Positions 55,903-64,000 of a DNA stretch of 64,000 nt are shown in pieces. The first letter of the stretch is position 1. Every line of letters begins with the position of its first letter. The stretch is from NCBI GenBank assembly GCA_035481425.1, contig DATIGS010000250.1:7775-71774 (forward strand). Direction: 5' to 3'. Made by a program: the position numbers and the translations under genes. This stretch comes from Cellvibrio sp. GTDB lineage: Bacteria > Pseudomonadota > Gammaproteobacteria > Pseudomonadales > Cellvibrionaceae. The notes beneath the pieces were generated by a model, which was not told the origin of the DNA, did no database searches, and was given only the letters and a program-made list of their open reading frames with translations.

Positions 55903-56493
55903 ATGCCTATTTTTTGGCGGCGAATAATAATTTTTGCAGTCTCATTAATTCCATTAATGTGGATTGTTTACAAAACGCTGACCAATCAGTTGGGCGCTGA
56001 CCCCGCTAAAACGATTGTGTTATTTACCGGCGAATGGGCAATCTACTTTTTATTTATCGCGCTTGCCGTAACACCATTGCGGCGATTGTTTAATTTCAAA
56101 AATCTCCACTTTCGGTGGTTACAAATCCATAGGCGCATGTTGGGTTTATTTACGCTCTTTTATGCGATTCTGCATGTCCTCGCTTTTTTTGTCTTTATAT
56201 TGGGGTTGGACCTTTCCCGCTTCGGTAAAGAACTGGTAGAGCGGCCTTACATTCTCGTTACTATTCCGGCCATTATTTTGTTGATTGCTTTAGGGATTAC
56301 GTCAACCAAAGCCATGATGCGAAAGCTGGGGAAAAACTGGATTCGCTTGCATAAATCTATTTACCTCATTGCGCTTCTCGCCTGGGTTCATGTGTTTATG
56401 CAGGTGCGCTCCAGTTATTTTGAGGCGGTTCTATTCGGCCTAATTTTATTAGGGCTTTTGTTGCCCAGACTTTACTGGGCGTTGCGTAAATAG
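55903..56493 (+). CDS. msrQ: Heme-binding membrane subunit MsrQ
   Basis: LGADP, RRMLGL, H ligands, WIRLHKSIY; follows msrP. Confidence 0.93.
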   Translation: MPIFWRRIIIFAVSLIPLMWIVYKTLTNQLGADPAKTIVLFTGEWAIYFLFIALAVTPLRRLFNFKNLHFRWLQIHRRMLGLFTLFYAILHVLAFFVFILGLDLSRFGKELVERPYILVTIPAIILLIALGITSTKAMMRKLGKNWIRLHKSIYLIALLAWVHVFMQVRSSYFEAVLFGLILLGLLLPRLYWALRK

Positions 56494-56519
56494 ATTTAAT
56501 TCGCCTGCCCTTGGTATTT

Positions 56520-57296
56520 TTAATTCAATAACGCCAAGCTTGCGTTAATGGTTTCATTATTATTCATCCCACCGCCACTGCTGCCTGAGGTTGATGTGAG
56601 ACGTGTGACTAATAATCTATCGCCATTTACGAGATAGGTTTTGTCTACCTCGAAATGAAATTCAAAACCAATCACCAGCGCGAATCTACCTGAACCTTTA
56701 CCAATGGAGCGGCTGGCGAGAGGAATGCCTTGCTCGTTGATCCAGATTTGTATATCAGCGTTGTATTTTTTTAAATCCTTGCGTTCTCCCTCACTGAGTT
56801 TCTCCAGCGGAATTTGCATATGAAGGAGGCGAGCAGGTTGGTTTTGAAAGGTGACTTGTTCTTCCTTGACCAGTTTTGCCTTGCGTAAGTCGTCTTCAAG
56901 ATCGCGCACAGGATCGAACAATATGCTGAATTCAGAATACTTAAAACGATTGATTGCATCTGTTGCAGGGGTGGGTGCTTGAGGGTTTTGTTTTCGTAGT
57001 TCAGTTTCCTCAGCTACCGCTTCCAATATCTCGTTCGGATAACTGATCTGCAAACCTGTCTGGCTTTTTTCAAGCGTGAATTGAGTATGTCCTTCTTTAA
57101 CTGGATTTTCCTTATCGTCAGCATTGCCACTTTTTAGGCTGGCGTTAACTTGTGCCTTAAATGCGGATGATTGCTTAAATGATTTCAACGCACTTTGTAG
57201 ATCAGATAAACCATCGGCATAGGTCAAAGATGTTGAAAGCGTAATAAAAAGCAGGCTTAAAGAGAGGAGAATTTTGGGTAAGCGAGGTGGGTTCAT
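56520..57296 (-). CDS. Exported hypothetical protein
   Basis: Signal peptide ending TYA-DGL; beta-rich mature part. Confidence 0.75.
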   Translation of the reverse strand: MNPPRLPKILLSLSLLFITLSTSLTYADGLSDLQSALKSFKQSSAFKAQVNASLKSGNADDKENPVKEGHTQFTLEKSQTGLQISYPNEILEAVAEETELRKQNPQAPTPATDAINRFKYSEFSILFDPVRDLEDDLRKAKLVKEEQVTFQNQPARLLHMQIPLEKLSEGERKDLKKYNADIQIWINEQGIPLASRSIGKGSGRFALVIGFEFHFEVDKTYLVNGDRLLVTRLTSTSGSSGGGMNNNETINASLALLN

Positions 57297-57449
57297 GACA
57301 GTTCCTATTTGTTATATCACTAAAATCCTGGTACTTGCATAAATGCAGACTCATAGAAATCCAGTGGTCGAAATAGTTCAGTGTCTGCGTGAGTTTTGTA
57401 TCGAGTTGGTATAGGGAGCTATTTAGGGCGGGAAGCTGACAATAACGGG

Positions 57450-57485
57450 ATAAAAAAATGGCGCCCTTTAGGCGCCATTTTTATG
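57450..57485 (-). terminator. Terminator after efp
   Basis: AAAAAAATGGCGCC-cttta-GGCGCCATTTTT. Confidence 0.85.
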
Positions 57486-57503
57486 TGCGTTACAAATCGG
57501 CGA

Positions 57504-58064
57504 TTAGGCGCGAGATTTGTATTCGCCAGTGCGGGTGTCGATGATGATCTTTTGGCCGATCTCAACAAACGCAGCAACTTGCAATTCAGTGCCGTTAAGC
57601 AGTTTTGCAGTTTTCATTACTTTACCTGAAGTATCGCCACGAACTGCTGGTTCAGTGTAAGCCACTTCGCGGGTGATAGCGTTAGGTGGAGTTACAGAGA
57701 TAACTTTACCTTCGTAGAATACTGCATCACACACATCTTCCATGCCGTCTTCGATCCATGGAAGCAGGTCACCCAATTCTTCTGCAGTTACTTCGTATTG
57801 GTTGAACTCTGGATCCATAAATACGTACATTGGATCAGCGTAGTAAGAGTAGGTTACTTCTTTGCGATCCAATTGGATGTCTTCGAATTTGTCGTCTGCA
57901 CGGTAAACGGTTTCGGTGTTCATGCCGTTCAGCAGGTTTTTCAGTTTCATTTTAACAACGGCAGAGTTACGGCCGGATTTGTTGTATTCCGCTTTTTGAA
58001 CAACCCAGGGTGAGCCGTCGATCATCAGAACGTTGCCAGCGCGGCATTCTTGAGCATTTTTCAT
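57504..58064 (-). CDS. efp: Elongation factor P (Arg32 type)
   Basis: KSGRNSA loop with Arg at position 32, [17 protein letters not shown]. Confidence 0.97.
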   Translation of the reverse strand: MKNAQECRAGNVLMIDGSPWVVQKAEYNKSGRNSAVVKMKLKNLLNGMNTETVYRADDKFEDIQLDRKEVTYSYYADPMYVFMDPEFNQYEVTAEELGDLLPWIEDGMEDVCDAVFYEGKVISVTPPNAITREVAYTEPAVRGDTSGKVMKTAKLLNGTELQVAAFVEIGQKIIIDTRTGEYKSRA

Positions 58065-58209
58065 GGTAAATCCCAGTATTTGCAGAGGTTAACGGATAAG
58101 AGGGAGGCCTTGATGCGCATGGCGCGCGGGCATATAAGCCCTCAGGCGTCCCGGGTTTGAAATCGGCGCGCTACTATACAGTTCTTTGCCGTTTTTCTGT
58201 AGTGCTTTT

Positions 58210-59382
58210 TTAGCCTGGCTGATTGGCACAAAAAGCTACGAGTTGGGTGCTCAAATCAGGCTGTTCGAGCAAGTGATCGCACCAGGTACTGCTATGTTGT
58301 TGCCATTTCTCTAGTAGCGGTAATAGCCTCTGCCAGCTCGCCTTCATGTCGCCATTTTGGTTCCATGCTAACCACGACTCGCGCAATGCCGATTGGAGTG
58401 TACTGGGTGCTTGTTGCGTATAGATATCGAGGAACGCATTGAGTTTGGTGATATGGGTGTCTTCATCCTGCGGATAGATATGCCACAGCATAGGCTTACC
58501 TGCCCATTGGGCACGCACAAACGAGTCTTCGCCGCGCACGAAGTTGATATCGCACGCCCAAAGAAGCTGGTCATACTCGGTTTGAGTGACAAACGGGATT
58601 ACCTGCAGACAAAGGCTGCCGCGCCGATACACATCACCAACATTCAATTCTTGGCCGACAGCCTGGTTGATGCTGGTCAGGATTTTGCCATTGGGAACCA
58701 GGCAGTGAATCGGTACGCTGGAGCTAGTCCACGCGTCCAGTAAATGCGCGATAGCCGTGTTTTCATAAGCAAACAGGGATATGAGCAACGCGCTTGGCAG
58801 TGGTTTAATTCCCATACTTTCCCGCCAGGGCGCAGGCTGGAAGCTGTTGCGGTTATTAATCAATGAGTGTTCACGTAATAGTCCGCCAGTGCGTGCTGTG
58901 AAGCCGGGAAAGAAAAACGTTTTGCGCAGACCTGTAGCCGGATGAGTGGAGGGCATCTGGTGGCAGTCCTCAATCCAGGTTTCCGCGCTCAGATAGTCCA
59001 GATTAATCCAAACAGGCGCTTCGCCTTTCTGCTTTCGCACCGCCATGGCATTTACATAAGTCGCGGGAATATCACAGGCAAAGGCTTCAATTACCCTATC
59101 GGCGATCTGAGGCTGGGCAGTAAATTCCGGATTCCACTGACAAACCTCCACACCAGCGACTAGTTGGTGGTCGAGCTGGGCGGCTGTAGGCCAAATGCGG
59201 ATAAGGGAATTTATATCATCGACCCACAGTCGCACTTTCTGCTGGTGCTCGTTGGCTAATTGCCGTGCAAGCCGCCAGCAAACGCCTATATCGCCATAGT
59301 TGTCGATAACGCGGCAGAAAATATCCCAGGATTTGATTTCGGTAGTCGGCATATCGGTAGATGGCATATCAATAGATGACAT
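58210..59382 (-). CDS. earP: EF-P arginine rhamnosyltransferase
   Basis: DIFCRVIDNYGDIGVCWRLARQL, FFFPGF, NFVRGEDSFVRAQWA, WHIYPQ. Confidence 0.96.
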   Translation of the reverse strand: MSSIDMPSTDMPTTEIKSWDIFCRVIDNYGDIGVCWRLARQLANEHQQKVRLWVDDINSLIRIWPTAAQLDHQLVAGVEVCQWNPEFTAQPQIADRVIEAFACDIPATYVNAMAVRKQKGEAPVWINLDYLSAETWIEDCHQMPSTHPATGLRKTFFFPGFTARTGGLLREHSLINNRNSFQPAPWRESMGIKPLPSALLISLFAYENTAIAHLLDAWTSSSVPIHCLVPNGKILTSINQAVGQELNVGDVYRRGSLCLQVIPFVTQTEYDQLLWACDINFVRGEDSFVRAQWAGKPMLWHIYPQDEDTHITKLNAFLDIYTQQAPSTLQSALRESWLAWNQNGDMKASWQRLLPLLEKWQQHSSTWCDHLLEQPDLSTQLVAFCANQPG

Positions 59383-59512
59383 AACAGTGGTGGCACATCA
59401 AATTTGAGTAGAGGCGGCATTGTAACGAAAAAGGGTGACCGTTTATTCGCTCACCCTTTTTCGTTGCTGCCTTTATAGATCAGCTTTTGATCGGCGTCAT
59501 TTGCATGCGGCT

Positions 59513-60487
59513 TTAGTGAAGCTGGGTAAAATTCACCGGAATCCATTCGTAGGCTTTGCCCTCTTTACGAAGGTGCCCAAGGCCGGGAAATTGGATGTGG
59601 GCCGCACCTACCAAAACGCCTTGTTTAGCGGCTTGGGTGAAGATTTTGTCACGCTGTTCAGCGGCTTTTTTCTGATCGCTATCAAAGGCGATAGTCACTT
59701 CAGGGTGATCCAATTGAACCGCAGTGACATGGATCAAATCGCCAATCAGCCACAATTTTTGTCCTTGGCTTTCCACTTCATACACGCTGTGGCCTGCGGT
59801 GTGGCCGGAGGTAGAGATAGCTTTGATTCCGGCAGTCAGTTGGGTTTTGTGATCGAAAGTAGCCAGTTTATTGGCTGATTTATATGGAGTCAGCATGGCG
59901 ACAGCATTGGTATAAAAGGCTTTGCTATCCTCCGGTGCTTTATCGAGATTAGCTTTGCTCAGCCAGAAGTCAGCCTCTTTTTTGTCCAAATGAACAACCG
60001 CATTGGGAAACGCCAGTGTGTTATTGCTAGCCAGCCCGCCAATATGGTCTGAGTGCAAGTGAGTGATATAGATGTCATCAATTTGTTCCGGCTCGTATCC
60101 GGAAGCACGCAGGTTGGCGATGAATTTGCCCAAGGTCGGTCCGAAAAGTACGCCAGCGCCAGCGTCAACCAGAATCAATTTTTCACCGGTATTGATGAGA
60201 TAGGCGTTTACCGAGGTTTCCAATGGCGCTTTTAAAAATGCATCGGCCAGCGCAGCCTGGGTTTTAGGTTCAGGATTGTTCAGCAGTTTATCCACTGGCA
60301 GCTCTACGGTGCCGTCGTTGATGGCGGTAACTTCAAAGGAGCCCAGCATTATGCGGAAATAACCGGGCGCAGAGGTTTTCGCCATGGGGGCCGCCGCTGC
60401 GACGACTTGGCTGCCGAGGCTGGCAATCAGTGCTGCCGAAGTCAGAGCAGCTACTAACGAAAATTTTTTCAAAGAGAACATAGGCAT
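59513..60487 (-). CDS. Exported MBL-fold hydrolase (methyl-parathion hydrolase/OPHC2-like lactonase family)
   Basis: THLHSDH, GHTAGH, GDLIH, AAHIQFPG; signal peptide. Confidence 0.88.
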   Translation of the reverse strand: MPMFSLKKFSLVAALTSAALIASLGSQVVAAAAPMAKTSAPGYFRIMLGSFEVTAINDGTVELPVDKLLNNPEPKTQAALADAFLKAPLETSVNAYLINTGEKLILVDAGAGVLFGPTLGKFIANLRASGYEPEQIDDIYITHLHSDHIGGLASNNTLAFPNAVVHLDKKEADFWLSKANLDKAPEDSKAFYTNAVAMLTPYKSANKLATFDHKTQLTAGIKAISTSGHTAGHSVYEVESQGQKLWLIGDLIHVTAVQLDHPEVTIAFDSDQKKAAEQRDKIFTQAAKQGVLVGAAHIQFPGLGHLRKEGKAYEWIPVNFTQLH

Positions 60488-60628
60488 ATCAATTCCTTGG
60501 GGATTTAACCCATCAGCACGATTAGTATGCCTGCGCACAGGAGCTGCGCAGGTGAAAAAATTGTATTTGTTTGGGTAAAATCGCACAATGATCCAAGTTA
60601 AAAACCATCACCTTTAACGAGTAGTGAC

Positions 60629-61174
60629 ATGCCTTCCTTACAAGATCAATTATTAAAAGCAGGTTTGATTGACGCAAAAAAAGCCAAGCAGGCGAATAAA
60701 GACAAGCGCAAAGAGACCAATCTCGCTCGCCGTTCCAGCGAAGAAGTTGTCGACGAAATCAAGCAGTCTGCCGAACAGGCCCGTCAAGAGAAAGCTGAGC
60801 GTGATCGCGAGTTAAATCGCCAGCGCGATGTGGAGTTACAGCAAAAAGCGATAGCCGCGCAGATAAAACAGCTCATAGAAAATCATCGCCAGTCAAAAGG
60901 GGCCGGTGAAAATGATGTTGAGTACAACTTTACCCATGGCAAATTGATTAAAAAAATCCGCGTGTCAAAAAAGGTGCAAGAGCAAATTATTCGCGGTGTA
61001 TTGGCTGTAGTAAAACTGGGAGAAGGTTATGAGCTAGTGCCGCGAATCGTGGCTGACAAAATTGCCCAGCGCGATGAGCACGCGGTCGTCGTTGCCAATA
61101 CCAAATCCAGCCAGCAAGTGGATGAAGATGATCCCTACAAAGATTACGTTATTCCTGATGATTTGATGTGGTAA
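60629..61174 (+). CDS. DUF2058 (YaiL-like) protein
   Basis: SLQDQLLKAGL, AQIKQLI, DDPYKDYVIPDDLMW. Confidence 0.9.
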   Translation: MPSLQDQLLKAGLIDAKKAKQANKDKRKETNLARRSSEEVVDEIKQSAEQARQEKAERDRELNRQRDVELQQKAIAAQIKQLIENHRQSKGAGENDVEYNFTHGKLIKKIRVSKKVQEQIIRGVLAVVKLGEGYELVPRIVADKIAQRDEHAVVVANTKSSQQVDEDDPYKDYVIPDDLMW

Positions 61175-61178
61175 GCCT

Positions 61179-61424
61179 ATGTGGAATCCTATTCGCACGG
61201 TAATGCGCAGTAGCTCACCGCGAGGTATAAAAATTATTGCACTGAGTTTGATGTTGGTGATTCTGAGTGCATTACCTTACATGTTGATCAGTTACTTCGG
61301 CGGTGAAAACAATAATCCGATTGTCGCTAGCTGGTTGTTTGCCATCGGCGCAATGATTGGCCACATAGGTTTTTTTGTGGGGATTGTGTTGTTGATTTGG
61401 GATGTGTACTTCGCTAAAAAATAA
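61179..61424 (+). CDS. Small two-TM hypothetical protein
   Basis: Two hydrophobic segments; starts 4 nt after the DUF2058 stop. Confidence 0.7.
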   Translation: MWNPIRTVMRSSSPRGIKIIALSLMLVILSALPYMLISYFGGENNNPIVASWLFAIGAMIGHIGFFVGIVLLIWDVYFAKK

Positions 61425-61493
61425 AAGTTACATTATCCTGTTGATTGGCGATTTTTTATTTGCTGGACTGGAAGATCGATAAATGTGACGTAA

Positions 61494-61523
61494 CAAGCCG
61501 GCTTATGTGCCGGCTTGGTTTTT
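61494..61523 (+). terminator. Terminator between convergent genes
   Basis: CAAGCCGGC-ttatgt-GCCGGCTTG-GTTTTT. Confidence 0.7.
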
Positions 61524-61543
61524 CCATCATGTACCCTGTTTTT

Positions 61544-63373
61544 TTAAAACTCCCCGAGAAAACCACCTGATTGATGCGCCCACAGATGCGCGTACACACC
61601 ATTGAGGGCGAGCAGTTCAGCGTGTGTACCTTGCTCAATGATTTGGCCTTTATCCAATACAATTAAACGATCCAGTGCTGCGATAGTGGATAAGCGGTGC
61701 GCAATTGCAATAACCGTTTTACCTTGCATCAAACTGGTTAAATTGGTTTGGATTGCCGCTTCAACTTCTGAGTCCAATGCGGATGTTGCTTCATCCATAA
61801 TTAATATGGGGGCATTTTTTATCAGTACGCGCGCAATGGCGATACGCTGGCGCTGCCCGCCGGATAATTTTACCCCTCGCTCACCTACATGGGCGTCATA
61901 CCCTTTGCGTCCTTCGTTATCGCTCAGCCCTAAAATAAATTCATGGGCTTCTGCTTGCTTGGCTGCGCGAATCATCTCTTCTTCGGTTGCGTCAGGTTTT
62001 CCGTAGAGCAGGTTGTCGCGAATTGAGCGATGCAGTAATGAGGTATCCTGTGTGACCATCCCGATTTTTGCGCGCAGGCTCTCTTGTTTTACGTCGGCGA
62101 TATTTTGGTTGTCGATCAAAATAGATCCGGAATCAAGATCATAAAAACGTAGCAATAAATTCACGAGCGTCGATTTGCCGGCACCGGAGCGCCCGACCAA
62201 ACCAATTTTTTCACCTGCATTAATATGCAAATCAAAATTTTGCAGCAAGCCGGTTGTTTTACCGTAGTTGAAGTTGACCGATTTAAAATCGATCTTGCTT
62301 GCCGATATTTGTACTGGTGGAGCGTTGGGTTTGTCTTGCACTTCCCGCGGGATAGTCAGCGTGTTCAAACCATCGCGCGCAGTACCTATATTTTCAAACA
62401 GCGCAGATACTTCCCACATAATCCACTGGGCCATGCCGTTTAAGCGGAGCACCAAGGCAATGGCTACCGCAATAGCACCAGTGGTGATAGCAGCATTTGA
62501 CCAGAGCCAAAGAGACATGGCTGCAATCGAAAATATTAGCACCACACTAATAACCCAAACGCTTGTGCCTAATAAGGTGGCAAGGCGCATTTGCGGATGT
62601 ACAGTGGTAAGGAAATATTCCATGCCTTTTCTGGCGTAGTCGGCTTCGCGGTTGGAATGCGAAAACAATTTCACCGTGGAAATATTGGTATAGGTATCCA
62701 CTAATCGACCAGTCATATCAGAACGGGCATGGGCTTGGGCGGTTGATATTTTTGACAGGCGAGGTAAAAAATAATAAAGCAGGCTGCAGTAAGCGATAAA
62801 CCAGACTATCAATGGAATGGCGAGGCGCCAGTCCAGTGCAAAAGCCAATACCAGAATACTGCTGAAATAAACCATTACATAAAGCAGTACATCCAATAGT
62901 TTCATAATGGTCTCGCGCACGGCGAGGGCAGTTTGCATTACTTTGGTGGCGATACGACCAGCAAATTCATTTTGGTAAAACTGATAACTTTGGCCGAGGA
63001 GATATCTGTGCGCTTGCCAGCGAATGCGCATCGGAAAATTGCCGAGCAGGGTCTGGTGCATTATGAGTGAGTGCATCAGTACGGAAAGCGGCAGGCCAAT
63101 TAATAAAATAAAAGCCATCCATGTCAGTTCGGTACGCGAGCTTTGCCAAAAACTTGCCGGCGTATGTTTATTAAGTGAATCGACCAAATTCCCTAGAAAA
63201 CCAAAAAGCGAGACCTCCAATATCGCAATCAGGCCAGTAAAAATTGCCATTCCGATTAAATAGACTTCGGCGCCTTTGCTGTAGTGACGGCAAAAGGCAT
63301 AGAGCGTTTTTGGAGGGGCTGTAGGCTCTTGGGGAGGAAAGGGTTTTATAAGGCTTTCAAAAAAACGAAACAT
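61544..63373 (-). CDS. ABC exporter, fused permease and ATPase
   Basis: TM domain; GRSGAGKST, LSGGQRQR, MDEATSALD, IAHRLST. Confidence 0.93.
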   Translation of the reverse strand: MFRFFESLIKPFPPQEPTAPPKTLYAFCRHYSKGAEVYLIGMAIFTGLIAILEVSLFGFLGNLVDSLNKHTPASFWQSSRTELTWMAFILLIGLPLSVLMHSLIMHQTLLGNFPMRIRWQAHRYLLGQSYQFYQNEFAGRIATKVMQTALAVRETIMKLLDVLLYVMVYFSSILVLAFALDWRLAIPLIVWFIAYCSLLYYFLPRLSKISTAQAHARSDMTGRLVDTYTNISTVKLFSHSNREADYARKGMEYFLTTVHPQMRLATLLGTSVWVISVVLIFSIAAMSLWLWSNAAITTGAIAVAIALVLRLNGMAQWIMWEVSALFENIGTARDGLNTLTIPREVQDKPNAPPVQISASKIDFKSVNFNYGKTTGLLQNFDLHINAGEKIGLVGRSGAGKSTLVNLLLRFYDLDSGSILIDNQNIADVKQESLRAKIGMVTQDTSLLHRSIRDNLLYGKPDATEEEMIRAAKQAEAHEFILGLSDNEGRKGYDAHVGERGVKLSGGQRQRIAIARVLIKNAPILIMDEATSALDSEVEAAIQTNLTSLMQGKTVIAIAHRLSTIAALDRLIVLDKGQIIEQGTHAELLALNGVYAHLWAHQSGGFLGEF

Positions 63374-63551
63374 AATGCAATCGCCGGTAAATAATAAGGA
63401 GGACTGGCTAAATTCTGAGCCGATATTGTAGCAGTTCAATGCGAACTATTCGTGTAACCAAGTGTTAATGCGAGATGCTAAACTGTCGCCTAGTATCCAC
63501 GAAAGTGGCTGCCAATTGTTGGCAGGAGTGTTTTAGTGTCGGGATAAATTT

Positions 63552-63941
63552 ATGAAAAATACCCTGGTTGTTTTTGCAGCTGGCTGCCTTGGTGGCTTGG
63601 TTATGTGTGTCGTGATGTGGTTGTTCTCTTATTACGGGATTACCCAATCTTTAAATGTGCGTTTGGCAGGATCTGTGTCACCTCATTGGATGTACCCACG
63701 TATCGTATGGGGTGGTTTGTGGGGATTGTTATTTTTGTTGCCCATTTTTGCGAGCAGCCTCTTTGCGCGCAGCTTTGTTATCGCATTAATTCCTACATTA
63801 ATTCAACTGTTTGTGTTTTATCCTTTTTATGAAGGCAAGGGGGTTGCTGGTTTATCCCTCGGAATTTTAACGCCGTTTTTGGTGTTCTTTTTCTTTTGGG
63901 TTTGGTCGTTAACGACAGCGATTACGCTGCGTTTATCCTAA
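63552..63941 (+). CDS. Hypothetical membrane protein
   Basis: Four hydrophobic segments, YPRIVWGGLWG. Confidence 0.78.
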   Translation: MKNTLVVFAAGCLGGLVMCVVMWLFSYYGITQSLNVRLAGSVSPHWMYPRIVWGGLWGLLFLLPIFASSLFARSFVIALIPTLIQLFVFYPFYEGKGVAGLSLGILTPFLVFFFFWVWSLTTAITLRLS

Positions 63942-64000
63942 GTGCGTGGACAATGTGATGAGAAAATTTTTACTCAGCTGTATGACCGGGATATTGCTGA

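Noticed and set aside
57504..59382. earP-efp rhamnosylation pair as a novel system
   Set aside because: Well-established Arg32 rhamnosylation pathway.

Overview
Ordinary-looking core chromosome segment of a gammaproteobacterium. Protein style and gene order point to a Cellvibrio-like organism (inference). About 52 CDS and two tRNAs (Val-TAC, Asp-GTC). Recognisable content: galK (5'-truncated), bolA, trhO, fnr, a cold-shock gene, acpH, an AddAB-like helicase-nuclease pair, an ExuT-type MFS, murI, rmuC, trmA, nadK-phosphoesterase-rhomboid-yeaC-pepN, a MoxR/DUF58/Bat (VWA-TPR) operon, large NAD-glutamate dehydrogenase, pyrD, rmf, rlmKL, msrPQ, earP-efp, an MBL-fold hydrolase and an ABC exporter. 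I see no integrase, transposase, prophage, CRISPR array or recognisable defence system. The best leads for undescribed biology are: (1) a sensor-less chemoreceptor coupled to a separate membrane-anchored NIT-domain protein (possible split chemoreceptor); (2) a roughly 90-nt structured, terminated RNA upstream of fnr with two anti-Shine-Dalgarno motifs and an FNR-box-like site over its predicted start; (3) an unannotated 27-aa very acidic small ORF with a strong RBS after the tRNA pair; (4) an AddB-like subunit apparently lacking the Fe-S cysteines; (5) a sensor-less orphan kinase next to a Cys-rich lipoprotein. All family calls are from motif recognition by eye; no searches were run.
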